From positions 15,066,001 to 15,130,000 of the forward strand of contig NC_092672.1 in NCBI RefSeq assembly GCF_964355755.1: a stretch of 64,000 nucleotides of DNA, read 5' to 3'. The stretch's first letter is position 1, and every line of letters begins with the position of its first letter. Made by a program: the position numbers and the translations under genes. Source of the DNA: Antedon mediterranea (lineage: Eukaryota > Animalia > Echinodermata). Below, piece after piece: positions 12,830-25,985 of the stretch. The notes under the pieces were generated by a model, which had not been told where the DNA came from, ran no database searches, and saw nothing but the letters and a program-made list of their open reading frames with translations.

Positions 12830-14900
12830 CTAGCATTAGTACCCATCTTTGATGGGTATGAGCCCCTCTGATTAACAGATTTTTCAAACAGCACTGAGAA
12901 AACTTGTCAAATGTATGCAAAATTTTAATATATTGAAGTCTCATTTGCTATGCCTTAAATCCATTGATAAAAAAAGAATTGAAACTAGATTTGAAGAGTT
13001 TGGGTTATCCACGGAAATGCAACATGCACATACGTTAAACTATATGAACGTCGACAATTATTATGCCATCCTATGAATTGACATGAATTTAATATGTTTA
13101 CAGTGCTGAATTGTAGCTTACCGTATTTGTATCATACAGCATATTACAGTATTTACAGAATACACTGTATATGTTATCAGTGTAGCATGTGAGTGAGATG
13201 CGCTCTCTTTTAAACGCGATGAACTTTTACGAAAGAGATGAAGATCTGACTTTTTAAATTTAACTGGCCATATGATGACATCATTATATCAGATAGACAA
13301 AATTTGTATATGAATTCATATCTACAATTCAACAACTTCTATAATAAATTTTAATCACGTGGATCACTTTTCATTCCGATGAGCAGATTAAACTGTATAG
13401 TAATGAATGTAATAATACTGTATAGATGAAATTAGGTAACTCATGTTATTCAAATTTTTTTATATGACGTAATAAAAATAAAAATGTTTGTAACTCATGT
13501 GAAAGAGAACTGATTGATGAAGAACATATTAAAATCTAGGAGAAATCGGAAACGTAGCACTGCGCTCTATTCAATTAGTACAAAAGTGAAAACAAAATCT
13601 CTTTTAAAAATTTGAGTGGCCATATGGTGACGTCCATTCATCTGGTAGGTATACATTTTACATGAATTGATATCTACAACTCATCAGCATTTTAAAAAAT
13701 GAGGGTAACTTACTAGCCATCCTGAGGAGCTATAACTGATTAAATATACAGTAGATATATTTTTGCACAATTTTGCAAGCGATTTCTAAAGCTTAACGTG
13801 CATGTGCGTCATTATTTCGCAATTAAAGTTCATCAAAATAAATAAAATCTATTACAGAATGTATGAAAAACAAAAATCAATTGCAAAAACTATTTGTCTA
13901 CGCTCTGTATGAGCTGTGCGTAAAACGCAAATAATTTTGAACATTTTGAAATGCTCAAAATGACCTGAAATGTTTGCGAAATTGATTAGAAATTAATTTT
14001 CCGCATTTCGAAATTTCAAGTACGCGTACCCGCATATTTTTTTGCGTAGCATGCTATTTTTATCATGTAAAAAATTGCTCCATATTAGGAAGTATATTTT
14101 ATTTTTTTTATTTTATTTTAGTATTTTAGATTTGAACTTGACACTATGGACAAGTTAGGTAATTCGCTTCGCAAACGCCACGTGCATGTCATATGTTAGA
14201 ATATTGCGCACAGAAAACAATTATGCCATTGTGACCTGAAGAAAATAAAATCTTAGTGTGCAACAACATATCAACGTGTTGGAAGAAATTTGTATACGAA
14301 CAATATGGATGCGCGCTCTTTTAAATGTCATGAACTTTGACGCAAAATATGAAAATTCAACTGGCCATATGATGACGTCACAATATCAGATTCGCAAAAA
14401 TTTGTAGCTACAATTCAACAGCGTCCAGAAAACGTTGAATTATGAGTATCAATTTTCATTCTGAGGAGCTATAACATATTGAAATTTATTGGAATGATGA
14501 AATTATGTGACCCAAGTTATTCACACTTTTGCATATGATGATGTTTTCAAAATTGTTTAAAATTGTAACTCATGCGAATTGATTGACCTAGACAATATCA
14601 AAATCTTGGGAAAATGGAATACGGATAAGTGGAGATGCGCTCTATTAAATGTGACGAGCTATGACAAAAGAGAAAAAAATCCAATATTTTTGGCCATACA
14701 ATGACGTCACAATGTCCAGTTAGCCATATTGATGCATGAACCGATATCTACAACTCCTCAACTTCCAGAATATGTAATAAAAATAAACTTTACCATTTAG
14801 TTTAGAAACTATGACTGTTTAAAAAAATAAAAAATGCGCGAATTGTCCAATTGTGCTTGTATGACGTGATTTTAAGTCGAAATTGTTTAGAAATTGGTAA
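12830..14900 (-). mobile_element. Probable Helitron/Helentron-like element with long diverged internal repeats; far boundary uncertain
   Basis: A|CTAG at 12830 followed by the hairpin TACCCATC-TTT-GATGGGTA. About four diverged units of 330-370 bp contain GCGCTCT...GGCCATATGATGACGTCA...TCTACAA (near 13200, 13560, 14310, 14635). A related inverted fragment lies at about 25020-25250. Confidence 0.5.
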
Positions 14901-15321
14901 AATTACTAGAAATGGCTGGAAATACCTAATTCACGCCACAAAAAAGACGTTTTTACAAAATAAATACAGACAATTTTACACTATATTTTATTCTTGCAAG
15001 TTTTGGGTACCATCCATGGTTCAAAAGGCAAGTCTACTGTTATTTACAAATTCGAAAATATTGCTATAACATTTTGAATTTTGAAAATGGTGGTACAGTC
15101 TGTTTATATGCAAATAATTAAATATTAATATTATTTAAATTAATGATTACCTTACATTACAAAAAATATTTTCTTACAGTAGTAGCCGTTTTTTCCTGAA
15201 ATACAATGCAAATACACAAAACAAATAAGATATAAAATTTGACGCCTTTACCTTTACTGTATACATGTACAAGGAAGCTATGGAAGAATTTATAAATTAC
15301 TCCATGGCTTATATACATTAA

Positions 15322-16308
15322 GGGCCTGTTCAGACCTACGGAGTTATGCTTTCGTATTGTACGCGGCGTACAAGTCCATAGGTCTGAACCAGGAAAAGAT
15401 TAGTGGAAGCCACCTCGTACGACACTGATATTTCGTACGCTACGAAAGCTCAAGGTATGAGTTTAGTGGACGTCGCTTACAATACGAAAGTCACGCATCG
15501 ATGAATATGACCTAGGTTAGATATCTAGCCAATCAAATTACAATATTCGCCACATCACATCGTGACATGTGCTCCTCATCGTATAGCCAAGCTGATCCAT
15601 TTGTTGTGATCAGTGAACGTGCGAAAAAATCATACCTTTTGTTGTTACACTATACAGTATTATTAATATTATATTAATTAATTTAAAATGTCATCGAAGC
15701 GTGCGCATTGGCGAGAAACCGAAGTAAAATACCTTATTTCATTGTGGGGAAGCCCTGAGTTCAGAGATCGGTTGGAAGTGAAAAACTGGCGTAAAAGCAC
15801 CGGCAACAAGATGTCTGTGTTCAACGACATGGCGGACACGTTAGCAGAATGGGCCATCCTCATAAAGAAGGATTATTAATATCCAAACGAAATTGAAGGG
15901 GTTGTCGTATAAAGCGGCGAAAGACCGAGTAAATAAATCTGGAGCCGGTGCAAGTACGGGATTTGAAAATTGTTCTGCCATAAATGATATTTTAGGTCAT
16001 AGACCAAATATAAACCCAAACCCCAAAACGATCGGCTGGTTGGTATGGCTGACAACCAATCGATAATGCCGAGCCCAAGTGTTCGGTCTAGGCCTGTAAC
16101 TCCTAAACCAACCACTACTACTTTTAATAACAACGAAGGTAGGTCTATGCGTGCGTTAGAGTTTGGTTAATCGCCAGCGAGTGACATCATATCCGTTTGT
16201 AACGCAACTTCGTTGCAATGAATCTGAACACTTTGCTCTTACGACGCTCATTAAAATATGACCTTGGCTGTGATACGAAAGCATAACTCCGTAGGTCTGA
16301 ACATACCC
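15322..16308 (+). mobile_element. PIF/Harbinger internal-deletion element retaining part of the Myb/SANT-like gene
   Basis: TAA|GGGCCTGTTCAGACCTACGGAGTTATGCTTTCGTAT ... ATACGAAAGCATAACTCCGTAGGTCTGAACATACCC|TAA. Confidence 0.9.
15688..16139 (+). pseudogene. Myb/SANT-like (trihelix) DNA-binding protein fragment of the Harbinger element, frameshifted
   Basis: MSSKRAHWRETEVKYLISLWGSPEFRDRL...VFNDMADTL, then in another frame KSGAG...INDILGHRP. A possible donor G|GTAGGT lies at about 16138. Confidence 0.75.
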
Positions 16309-16516
16309 TAACACTTATTTAATTGTAGGCCTTTAATTACAAAAGTGTACTTGGATTGGACAGACAAAAATCGAAAACTAATATAAGCTATACGGTGACA
16401 AACTGTTTCATTTCATTTTATTTATTTCATCTTACATACAGTATAACAAAAAATAACAAACAATAGAGAGAGACAGGATTCCCAAAAGCGAACTAAATCA
16501 AACTATCAAGTGGGTC

Positions 16517-17688
16517 TGTTGAACACACAAATGTGAAAACGTCCACAAATGTGAAAACGCCCACAAATGTGAAAACAACCACAAATGTGAAAACGTATCA
16601 CCCACAAATGTGAAAACAACCACAAATGTAAAAACGCATCACCCACAAATGTGAAAATAGCGCCCACAAATGTAAAAAAAAATCCAACAATTTTGATCAA
16701 GTTAATGTATTTATATACATTGTATTGTATTGTTTCAATAATTATGTGTTTACGATATGTTTTTGCGCGCAATATTTGCATGTTAACTAATTGGTTTAAT
16801 GTACGTATAGTTCAAGACGATATTTGTTATTTGCGCATGAACGATACTTCAAGGTCAAGGCCATGTTATATCATTGTTGCTTGTAGTGTGTAGTTGTTAA
16901 CTCGTTGGCTTACTATTATGTACGTATAGTTCCAAGTAGATGCAAAAAACATCGAACATTGACTTGGAACTATACGTATAATAATAGTAAGCCAACAACC
17001 ACACACTACAAGCAACAATGATATAACATGGCCTTGATCTTGAAGTATCGTGCACGCTCAAAGCAAATAACAAATATCGTCTTGAACTATTACGTACATT
17101 AAACCAACGAGTTAACATGCAAATATAGCGCGCACGAGCAGAAAATGGTAATAATTCAACACGTTAACGACGACCCTAACATACGTATCGTGAATAAACA
17201 ATTATTGAAACAACTCAATGCAACCATGATCTAATGTATTAAACATGATCAAAATTGTTTGAGTCTAGCACTAAATTTAATTTGATTTTTTTTTTTTACA
17301 TTTGTGGCCGATGGTCGTTTTCACATTTGTGGTTGTTTTCACATTTGTGGGCGCTGTTTATTACATTTGTGGGTGATGCATTTTCACATTTGTGGGTGAT
17401 GTGTTTTCACATTTGTGGGTGATGCGTTTTCACATTTGTGGTTGTTTTCACATTTGTGGGTGATGTGTTTTCACATTTGTGGGTGATGCGTTTTCACATT
17501 TGTGGTTGTTTTCACATTTGTGAGTGATGCGTTTTCACATTTGTGGGTGATGCGTTTTCACATTTGTGGGTGATGCGTTTTCACATTTGTAAGCGTTTTC
17601 ACATTTGTGAGCGTTTTCACATTTGTGAGCGTTTTCACATTAGTGAGCGTTTTCACATTTGTGAGCGTTTTCACATTTGTGGGTTCAA
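16517..17688. mobile_element. Foldback-type palindromic element with tandem CACAAATGTGAAAAC subterminal repeats
   Basis: Left end TGTTGAACACACAAATGTGAAAAC(n), right end (GTTTTCACATTTGTG)n GGTTCAA. The inner arms are also complementary around a 24-bp loop at about 16938-16961. Confidence 0.88.
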
Positions 17689-18275
17689 TCCAAAGCAAAA
17701 CATAATAATCCAAAAATAAAATACAAAATTACAACATTTAAAACAACATGAAGATTTAAAAGGCGTGTAACGTTTTAACAATTACATTACTACTATACGG
17801 ATCAATAAACTCGAAATAAGCAGACTTGGGTGGTCCAATGTTGACAATCCGAATACGATGATACAATGAGACTTGTAGGTACAGTATCCTTCATGTAACT
17901 GATATAACCACTGCAAAGTAAAATTAAAATGCATTACATACTTTTTAGGAAATCCAGAGTAAACAAATTAAAAGGTAGCCGTAATTATAATTAAGATTCT
18001 GTACCAACGATAAGGTAATTATTCGGCGGATTAGTAGAATAATGAAGAATACTACATTCAAACCTCAGGTATAACATGCGATTGTGACGGTCAGGGTTAA
18101 AGTATGCCTAGAATAATAACATAGAATAAGGTTATATTAAATGATCACCTTAATAAACGAATAATTCGCATTCCCATTGTTACAATTCAGGTGGCATAGC
18201 CGATGTACGATTTTGCACGAATGAAATCGAATAAACGTAGAGCCTATACTTCAAATTTCAGAACTATAACAATAA

Positions 18276-18851
18276 TACCCCTTTCACACCAAAAGCAAAA
18301 CTCCGGAGACACTCCGGAGACACCCCGGAGTTGACGTCCCGCTGTTTGGTGTGAAAGGTAAAATCAAGCAACTCCGGAGTTTAAAACTGCGGGGTTGAAC
18401 AGCTGAACATTCTCCGGAGAGCGAACTGCGGGGACACCCCGGTGTTTTGGTGTGAAAGGTACCAACATCAAACTCCGGAGTGTTTCGGGTCAAAAGGTCA
18501 TCCTCACACGATCACTCATTGCTTTAGTTTTATTTCAAAATACTTTAAATATTTGTACAACATATATAGCGGGTTCAAAAATAATAAGTAGTATCAATAA
18601 AACATTATATTACTTCTGAGACTTTTGAAAGTAATTATTAAATTAAACATATTATTAATTAAAATGATTCTAATGATCGTCGCTATGTAAACAAACAAAA
18701 TAGAGGGCGACATTTACAATTTTATTTTATAAACTCCGGAGTTGCTAGGTTGGTGTGAAAGGGGTATCTCCGGAGTTTCTCGACGTTTTGAATGATCATA
18801 AACCCCGGGGTGTCTCCGGAGACACTCCGGAGTTTTGGTGTGAAAGGGGTA
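18276..18851. mobile_element. PIF/Harbinger-like MITE rich in CTCCGGAG motifs
   Basis: TAA|TACCCCTTTCACACCAAAA ... TTTTGGTGTGAAAGGGGTA|TAA. Confidence 0.85.
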
Positions 18852-20789
18852 TAATAGTTACATAACCTACATAAGTCATCCTATAAATGTTTATTATTAC
18901 AAATGGAAGTGAACTGAAGTAATCCACGACCATGCGGCTTCTTTTTAACTTAAAAATTGTGCCTACTCTACTCGCCTCGCCTCTCTGAACGGTAATGCTG
19001 TGGTTTTTTTTTTTGGGTTTCTGCTTTTATAGTCTTAATTATGCCCTCTGGAAATTCCACATTTCATAGCCTTTTTATCCAGTTGTAATTTTTAAAATAA
19101 TAAGGCATAATTTAATAAATATTTGGTTTATGAACCATGACCATGACCATCTCCATTGCATGTTGGGTGCAAAATTCACACCAATCAGAGGTTGTTCAGC
19201 GGCATGCATAGAGGACAAACTTTTTGTGTTTGCCTTTTATATATATAGATTTCTCGATTAAAATAATATTAAGCTATTTTTTAATCATTTTTGATCTATT
19301 ATTATTTGTAAATAGAAATAGGTCTTAATTGAAAACATGTAACAAATTTGTGTTCCTACGACATAAAATAATGTTTTAAACAAAATACAGAAAATGATGT
19401 TTATACTGTATAATTATTTTCATTTTAACCAGATAAGTGAAATTTTAATCTCAATTCAAGACCAATTGCTGAGTGCTTCACTGTTTTGGTTAAAGTTAAG
19501 GAGCCCTTTATATCACATGGGAAAAACTATCTCTAAACAAACAAACTTTCAACCAAGGTATCATGCTTGCTATTTGATTGTTAAGTTGTTTGTGTGCTTC
19601 TTTCTTTATTAATATTATGCTATTGTCACATTTACATACAGTTGTTAAGAAGGACTGTAGGCTACTTATTATTGTACTGATAAATGAGAAATGGTCAATC
19701 AAATCAAAGACTGTTTGTATCGTTATTAAATGCCTTGTTATATATGACTATTTTAGTTGTTTTTTTTTTTAATTGTTTTGTATACGTACATAATTTAACT
19801 TAATTTGGGACATACTTTATAATAATATGTACAATTTTTATTCTAAATATCCTTATTTTATTACTGTCCGGTACATTTCCGAACATACATTAGTGTTCTT
19901 ATTCTTTATAGTAATTTTAAATAAATATATACAACTTACAGTACTTCATTTTGTATCCTATCAGTATTTATAGCCAATTGTTTGTTAAATAGTGTGTAGC
20001 TTCTTGACCAGCACAGAATGGTAAATACTGTACTCTTACCCAGTCGGGCAGCAAAGTGGATGACCTCGCAAATTATTATTAATTAAAAAAATTTGAATGC
20101 CGCCATCTTGGAATCCTGATAAAGCAAGTAGTGTGGAATTACAGCATGCAGCAAAAGTAATATTCAATCAAATTCAGAACATATTCATAAAACTGAATTT
20201 ATATTAATAAAATTTAACTAAGGGAATTAGGAATGATAGGCTATATCAGAAATACTGCCAAGATTGGTTCCCCACGGCATGTAGGTTGAGCAGTGCTAAG
20301 GCGCCTAGATAAGAAAAAATCAAAATTTACCTATTAAACAGGGTTGCCCAAGAGTTCTCAAAGGGCTGTAGATAATGAGTATTTGGGCCTGTGGCAAGCA
20401 AATTTTTGTTAAATGACACCCCTAGATGGCCGGAAATGGTACTCTTGCACGTAAAATTCATGATAAATAGAAATGATACTCTATATCGGGCTATAATAGC
20501 ACAATAGCACGTGCGACAAACAATAGGATAACATTTTTGCGTTCAATGCAAAGGTACTTCCGGTAATGTAATAAATTCTAGCAATTAAAATCAATTAATA
20601 CAAATGAATTATTATTATTAATTAATAATTAAAACAATTTAGAAAACAGCCCCACATGCAAATCTCAAATTTCAAATCTCTTAGGTTGGTAACTATACAT
20701 CTTACATTTTTTAACAACTTTAAAGGAAGTCACTTTTTTCACATTTTGGCTCTTTTCTTAGGTACAGTAAGAACTATCAATTATATTAT

Positions 20790-21573
20790 TACAGTAATAA
20801 AGTTTGTTTGTATATTATGTGTTTATAATCTAAAAGTAGAGGCTATACCCACACTCACAGTAATAAAGTTTGTTTGTATATTATGTGTTTATAATCTAAA
20901 AGTAGAGGCTATACCCACACTCACAGTAATAAAGTTTATTTGTATATTTGTTATATCTAACAGTACCAACACTCACAATAAGAAATTTGCGATTCAAATG
21001 GCGATCAAAGGTGGTTAATATCTATTTACAGTATTGTATAGCATTGCAATACTATTTATGTTTATTCTCCGAGGGCCCATAAATTTACCTACTTGTGTTA
21101 AACCATGGAGGTATACCTTCATGGTTAAACCAATTAATTTGGAATGTTTCATTCATTGCAAATCAATACATTTGTATAAACGTATATTAAATCTATCAAA
21201 ATAGTATTTTTTAAAGAAAATTGCTGTACTCAAGCTGTTCCACCGGTTTTCAGTCATTAAAAACAATTATCGTAGGAGGAGATAGGAAAATGCGAAACAT
21301 CCTCATATTATTGTGTGCGGATTTTCAAGATGGACATCTATTAGACAGTGTATACCACGATTGGTAAACACCTCTTATTTGGGGCAAATCGTTGAACCTA
21401 AATTCGTTTTAATTGTCAATAACTAATTATCAAACTCAATTTAATCAGTAAACAGAATTACATCAGGTGGTTAAAATCAGTACCGAAAGTACGAACCAAC
21501 TTTATATACCATATAATATTTCTAATATTCTAGAAATAACGCGCGATTTACTGAATTTTGCCCTATATATAGA
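20790..21573 (-). mobile_element. Second copy (5' part) of the Helitron family at 7288-8609, with an internal 66-bp tandem duplication
   Basis: Colinear with 7965-8609, 5' end A|TCTATATAT at 21573, and ACAGTAATAAAGTTT units at 20791, 20857 and 20923. Confidence 0.8.
21104..21123. other. 20-bp palindromic insertion with 7-bp TSD
   Basis: GTTAAAC|CATGGAGGTATACCTTCATG|GTTAAAC. The paralogous Helitron copy at about 8111-8125 has a single GTTAAAC. Confidence 0.8.
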
Positions 21574-22524
21574 TACCAAATTTGGTAATAATAACTTAAT
21601 TTGAGTTTAAAACGTATTGAAGATTAGGTTTATGCATTATGTTTGCATTAACGCGATGCTTTACATTAGTTATGTTATATTTTGATTTTGTTTTATAACT
21701 TTTGTAATACTATTTGCAATTGCGCTTGATAAATTATATTATTACTGTAAAGTAAGGATGCAATCATACAGTGTTCTCTCCCTTTTTAAGGTAAAAGGTC
21801 TAAAAGTGATTTACTTTCTTTTGCTATTTCTTTTAATTTTAAGAATGTATAAGGACGATTCTGTTAAATGTGGGTCATTTACTAGATGGCAGTACACTCT
21901 TGGTATTGATTGACCTAGAGACAATTGGAGTGTGATTGTATAATTGAGACTATTGTATTAAACATTTATTTTTTGATTTTCGCTTTATGCGACATTTAGT
22001 TTTATACATTTAATTACCTTTTAGTTTATAATTTAGTTAATTGAATTGATGCATTAACCATCCTGAGTTTATAATAGTCAGGTTAATATGTTGATAGACA
22101 CACGATGGAATAGCTATTGCTATTATCCATTGCGTTGCAATGTAGTTATATTAGTATATATTTTCTCTTTTCTTAGATGAGAAACACTAATTTCATTAAT
22201 ATTGCTATTATTATACCATTGGTTGAAACATTTCATTGATAACATTTACATTACTTGGGAACCTTTTAAGTTAGAATTGTTGAACCGAAGTCTCGATTAT
22301 AATATGAACTCTTTTTTGTGAACAAATAATATTGGTTTTTATATAAATTCCGACAAGTTGATGTCAAAGGAATAAATCTACATTTTAATTTAAAGTATGA
22401 GTTTTCCTTGATTTGATTATTTAATACTTCTTGGAATTGTTAGTTTCTTGCTAGAGATTTGGGTTACAATGTTGTTGAAAAAATATGGATTGGTTTTTAT
22501 AGGTTATTTTCTTTTACTTACTAA

Positions 22525-22881
22525 GGGCCTGTTCAGACCTACGGAGTTATGCTTTCGTATTGTACGCGGCGTACAACTCCATAGGTCTGAACCAGGAAAA
22601 GATTAGTGGAAGCCACACACTGATCTTTCGTTCGTTACGACAGCTCAAGGTACAAGATTGGTGGACGCCGATTACGATACGAAAGTCATGCATCAACGAT
22701 TTTTACCTCTAACCAATCAAAATTACTCCTGCATACCACATGTTCGCCCAAATCGGTGACACTTTAGTTTGAAACGAAAGCGTTAGTTAGGCAAATCTGA
22801 ACATTTTTCTGTTACAACGCTAATTATAATATGACATTGCTTGCGATACGAAAGCATAACTCCATAGATCTGAACATACCC
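22525..22881 (+). mobile_element. Short MITE derivative of the Harbinger element at 15322-16308
   Basis: Same TIRs (GGGCCTGTTCAGACCTACGGAG... / ...TCTGAACATACCC), flanked by TAA and TAT; the Myb/SANT segment is absent. Confidence 0.88.
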
Positions 22882-23297
22882 TATATGATGTTACTGTAAA
22901 GTTTACAAAAGTTACAGTATTGTATGTTTGAAGAGAAATAAAGAATGTGTGATTGGCAACAAACCAAGAGTTGATTTTCTTATTCAAATGTATTTCTTGA
23001 TGGCAATGAATGGAACAAGCTTCAATTCCCCCAGGATATTCTGTATGCGAACAGAAATTCTATCCAAAAATGTATATTGGGTGTTTGAAAGATTTTTTTT
23101 GTAAGGATCTCTGACTGCAGTTGGTATTAACAAATAGTTGCTTAAACGTACCAATGTGACTGATTAGGCTATTAAATATCTGTGACTGGAACACAACAAA
23201 TGGTTGCTTTTATTTATCCTAAACATTAATATAAAAAAATAAGAACTAGGCCCTGGCTAGGTACTTTGTTACTGTTTGTATTTAGTATTGTACATAC

Positions 23298-23332
23298 CAT
23301 AGAGATATTATAGATACTATAATATCTCTATG
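23298..23332. other. 35-bp perfect palindrome with 7-bp TSD
   Basis: TACATAC|CATAGAGATATTATAG-ATA-CTATAATATCTCTATG|TACATAC. Confidence 0.85.
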
Positions 23333-23479
23333 TACATACACATCATAATTTTACTTACTGCAGTTGGAAAATATATTTTACAAAGCACAGCTGTATAATA
23401 AAGTCCATGCCATGTACTTCCACTAATTCTATTTCAGTTTCTCTTTCGAAGGAATTCCTAGGGTGCTAAATTAATGTAT

Positions 23480-23810
23480 AATAAAACTACTGAAAACGTT
23501 TCGATTTCTAACAGAGATCTTTATCAACTGCCTGGTCATCTGCTATTAATGATGACGTGTACCTCATCTGGTTACATGTTGTGCGAAACAAAGCCAGGTG
23601 AGGATGGAAGTATGTAATTTTATCAATTGGAGAATTCATGTTCACCTAATTGTCACAGTTCATGTTTTCATCTTTCTTCCTTCTGATGTTTATTGACTCT
23701 ATGATCTGTCTATCTTTTCAGTATTGATTCCTTTGTTAGGATGTTCACCTCCCAGTTTGGTATGTGATTGCATGCTATGGCATGATCGGTAATAGTGAAA
23801 TGATCCGGTC
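23480..23810 (-). mobile_element. Penelope-like retroelement relic (GIY-YIG endonuclease C-terminus and 3' end)
   Basis: Minus-strand ITDHAIACNHIPNWEVNILTKE / DRQIIESINIRRKKDENMN, plus a CGAAACGTT motif at about 23495. Confidence 0.65.
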
Positions 23811-25739
23811 ATTACTCCCCACAGTTTGTTTTAACATCTTCAATGTGATCATTGATACATGTTTATCACCAAGCAGTCTGGTCGAAATATTCAGAGTAAG
23901 TACTCCGTTTTATGTTATGTTGTTATATATATGTTTCAGAAAAAACAATTGACAAAATTAACTATAACCTTCAAAGGACAATTGCGGATGTTCAAATATG
24001 GTACACAAAGAATAAACTAAAAATAAATACAGATAAATAAAAGCATGTTAAAATAGCCCATATTGTAAACTTGAAGATCATCTAGGAAACCAGTATATTG
24101 AAAATTTTTCACACATTATGTACTTTAGGACTTGAAATTGACGACAAGCAATCTTGGAACAATTTAAATTTACTATCAAAAGCTTTCATACAATTTAACG
24201 GTAACATTACAACCATGTATGTACTATGGTATCTCAGTTTGGTGTAACGCAAGCATGAATCAAATTAAAAAACACAAATTATAAAAAAAGAGATGCACGC
24301 ATTGTTACAAATAATTTTAATTATAAAACAACACATGGTTACAACATACATCTATCATGGAAAATATTTCAAATTAGAAGAAATTATATGCTATATCATT
24401 TAATGTTCAAATGTTTTAATGACACTGCACCATCAAGACTATGTAATGAAATATTAAATGTAAAAATAATCAGGAGCTCTCTGAAATGTGCTGGTGCTTA
24501 TGCTGCTGCAAGAAATTAAAGAATCTTCAAATAATTTTAATTTCAAATCAAATTATAAAAAAAATATTCTTTTTAAAGTAAATCCTCACAATTTTACCAT
24601 TTTTGCATTCATTTTATTTTCATCACTCATTCATAATATAGTCTTGTCTTTATATTGTGATTTTTACACTTTTATTGTTTTGTTAATGTCTTTTTATGAA
24701 TTTTTAAAAATCTATTGCTTTAAAAAACAAGACTATATGCAATATCAGGTGCAATATCTATATCTAATATGTTTTTATCCTGTATAAATATGTTTTTAAA
24801 TAAATAAAAAAAAAAAAATAAAATCCTGCTGTCTGGCTTCTCGTGCCAACCCTGTTAGTCACAAAATAACGCTACGAGTAGGTGAAACTCGTCAGATTTG
24901 GTAAACTAACAGATATCCTTTCACAAAGACGGCCCGATAGACAGGCCATTTAAGGGGGAATATTCAGATTTTCAAGTATCTGTATGTTGGAGCGTCTGAA
25001 CATCACCAATTTGAATCGTAAGTATGTTTATGACGTCATCATATGGCCATCTGAATTTTAAAAATTGGAATTTTATCTCTTTTAGCACATTTCGTCACAT
25101 TCAATAGAGCGTATATCGCGTAAACATTATCAATTTTCTTTCAATTTTCAATAATGTTACTACTTAAAACATTCTCCTTCAGACACTTTTAGACACAATT
25201 TATTTTTAATTTAAAAATGTCATCATATTCAAACAATTAAATAAACGTGGGTGATGTAAAACAAAAACTAACCATCAACTAAACTGTTTACAATGCCAAT
25301 ACAGTCAACTGTTTGATCGATGTTATGCTGTTTGTACAATCTTTGTGGTGCAGCTTACTGTAGGCTAAGCCTAATAAATAGCATCTGTATGTTACGATGC
25401 GTTTGTTGCGCGATAGCCTAACTCTTCATCGTAAAGACTTCTTCTTCTTCAGAATAGGAGCCAACTTCAGATGTGAAGACTCTGCTCCTCCAACTCTGTT
25501 TTGCTAACTCTACAGTATTTGGCTGTGTGGTATTATTCCATTTATTTATTCTAGTTTTAAATAGAGCCTATGGCGCTTTTAATAGTTTTTTAACAGTATT
25601 TTAACATTTTAATAGTATTTTAACATTGCAATTTGCAATTTGATGTATTTTTGCTTTGTTGTTTTATTGTCTTTTATGCCAAGCAAAACAAATTTCTATT
25701 TGAAAGTGGACCAATCAAATTTCTTGAATCTTGAATACC

Positions 25740-25985
25740 GTTCTGAAATTTACAAGCATGGTGGAAAACACAGAAGGCAGCGTTTACCATAATGGAAATA
25801 TTTCAGAATCTTTTATAATAACAAATTAAGTGGAACAGTGCTTATGTTTTAGCATATACCCTTTTCTCATTTTACTTTGGTGCGTTCTACCACCATGCCA
25901 ATGAAAGAAATGCCAGTGTGCATTCAATATCAGCTGGATGAAAAACTATTATCTATACGATTACAAGCAAAAATAAAATGGTGAA
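25740..25985 (+). mobile_element. Decayed RTE-like LINE reverse transcriptase fragment
   Basis: NGNISESFIITN followed by ...VLAYTLFSFYFGA, resembling the RTE GVKQGCVLAPTLF motif. Confidence 0.45.
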
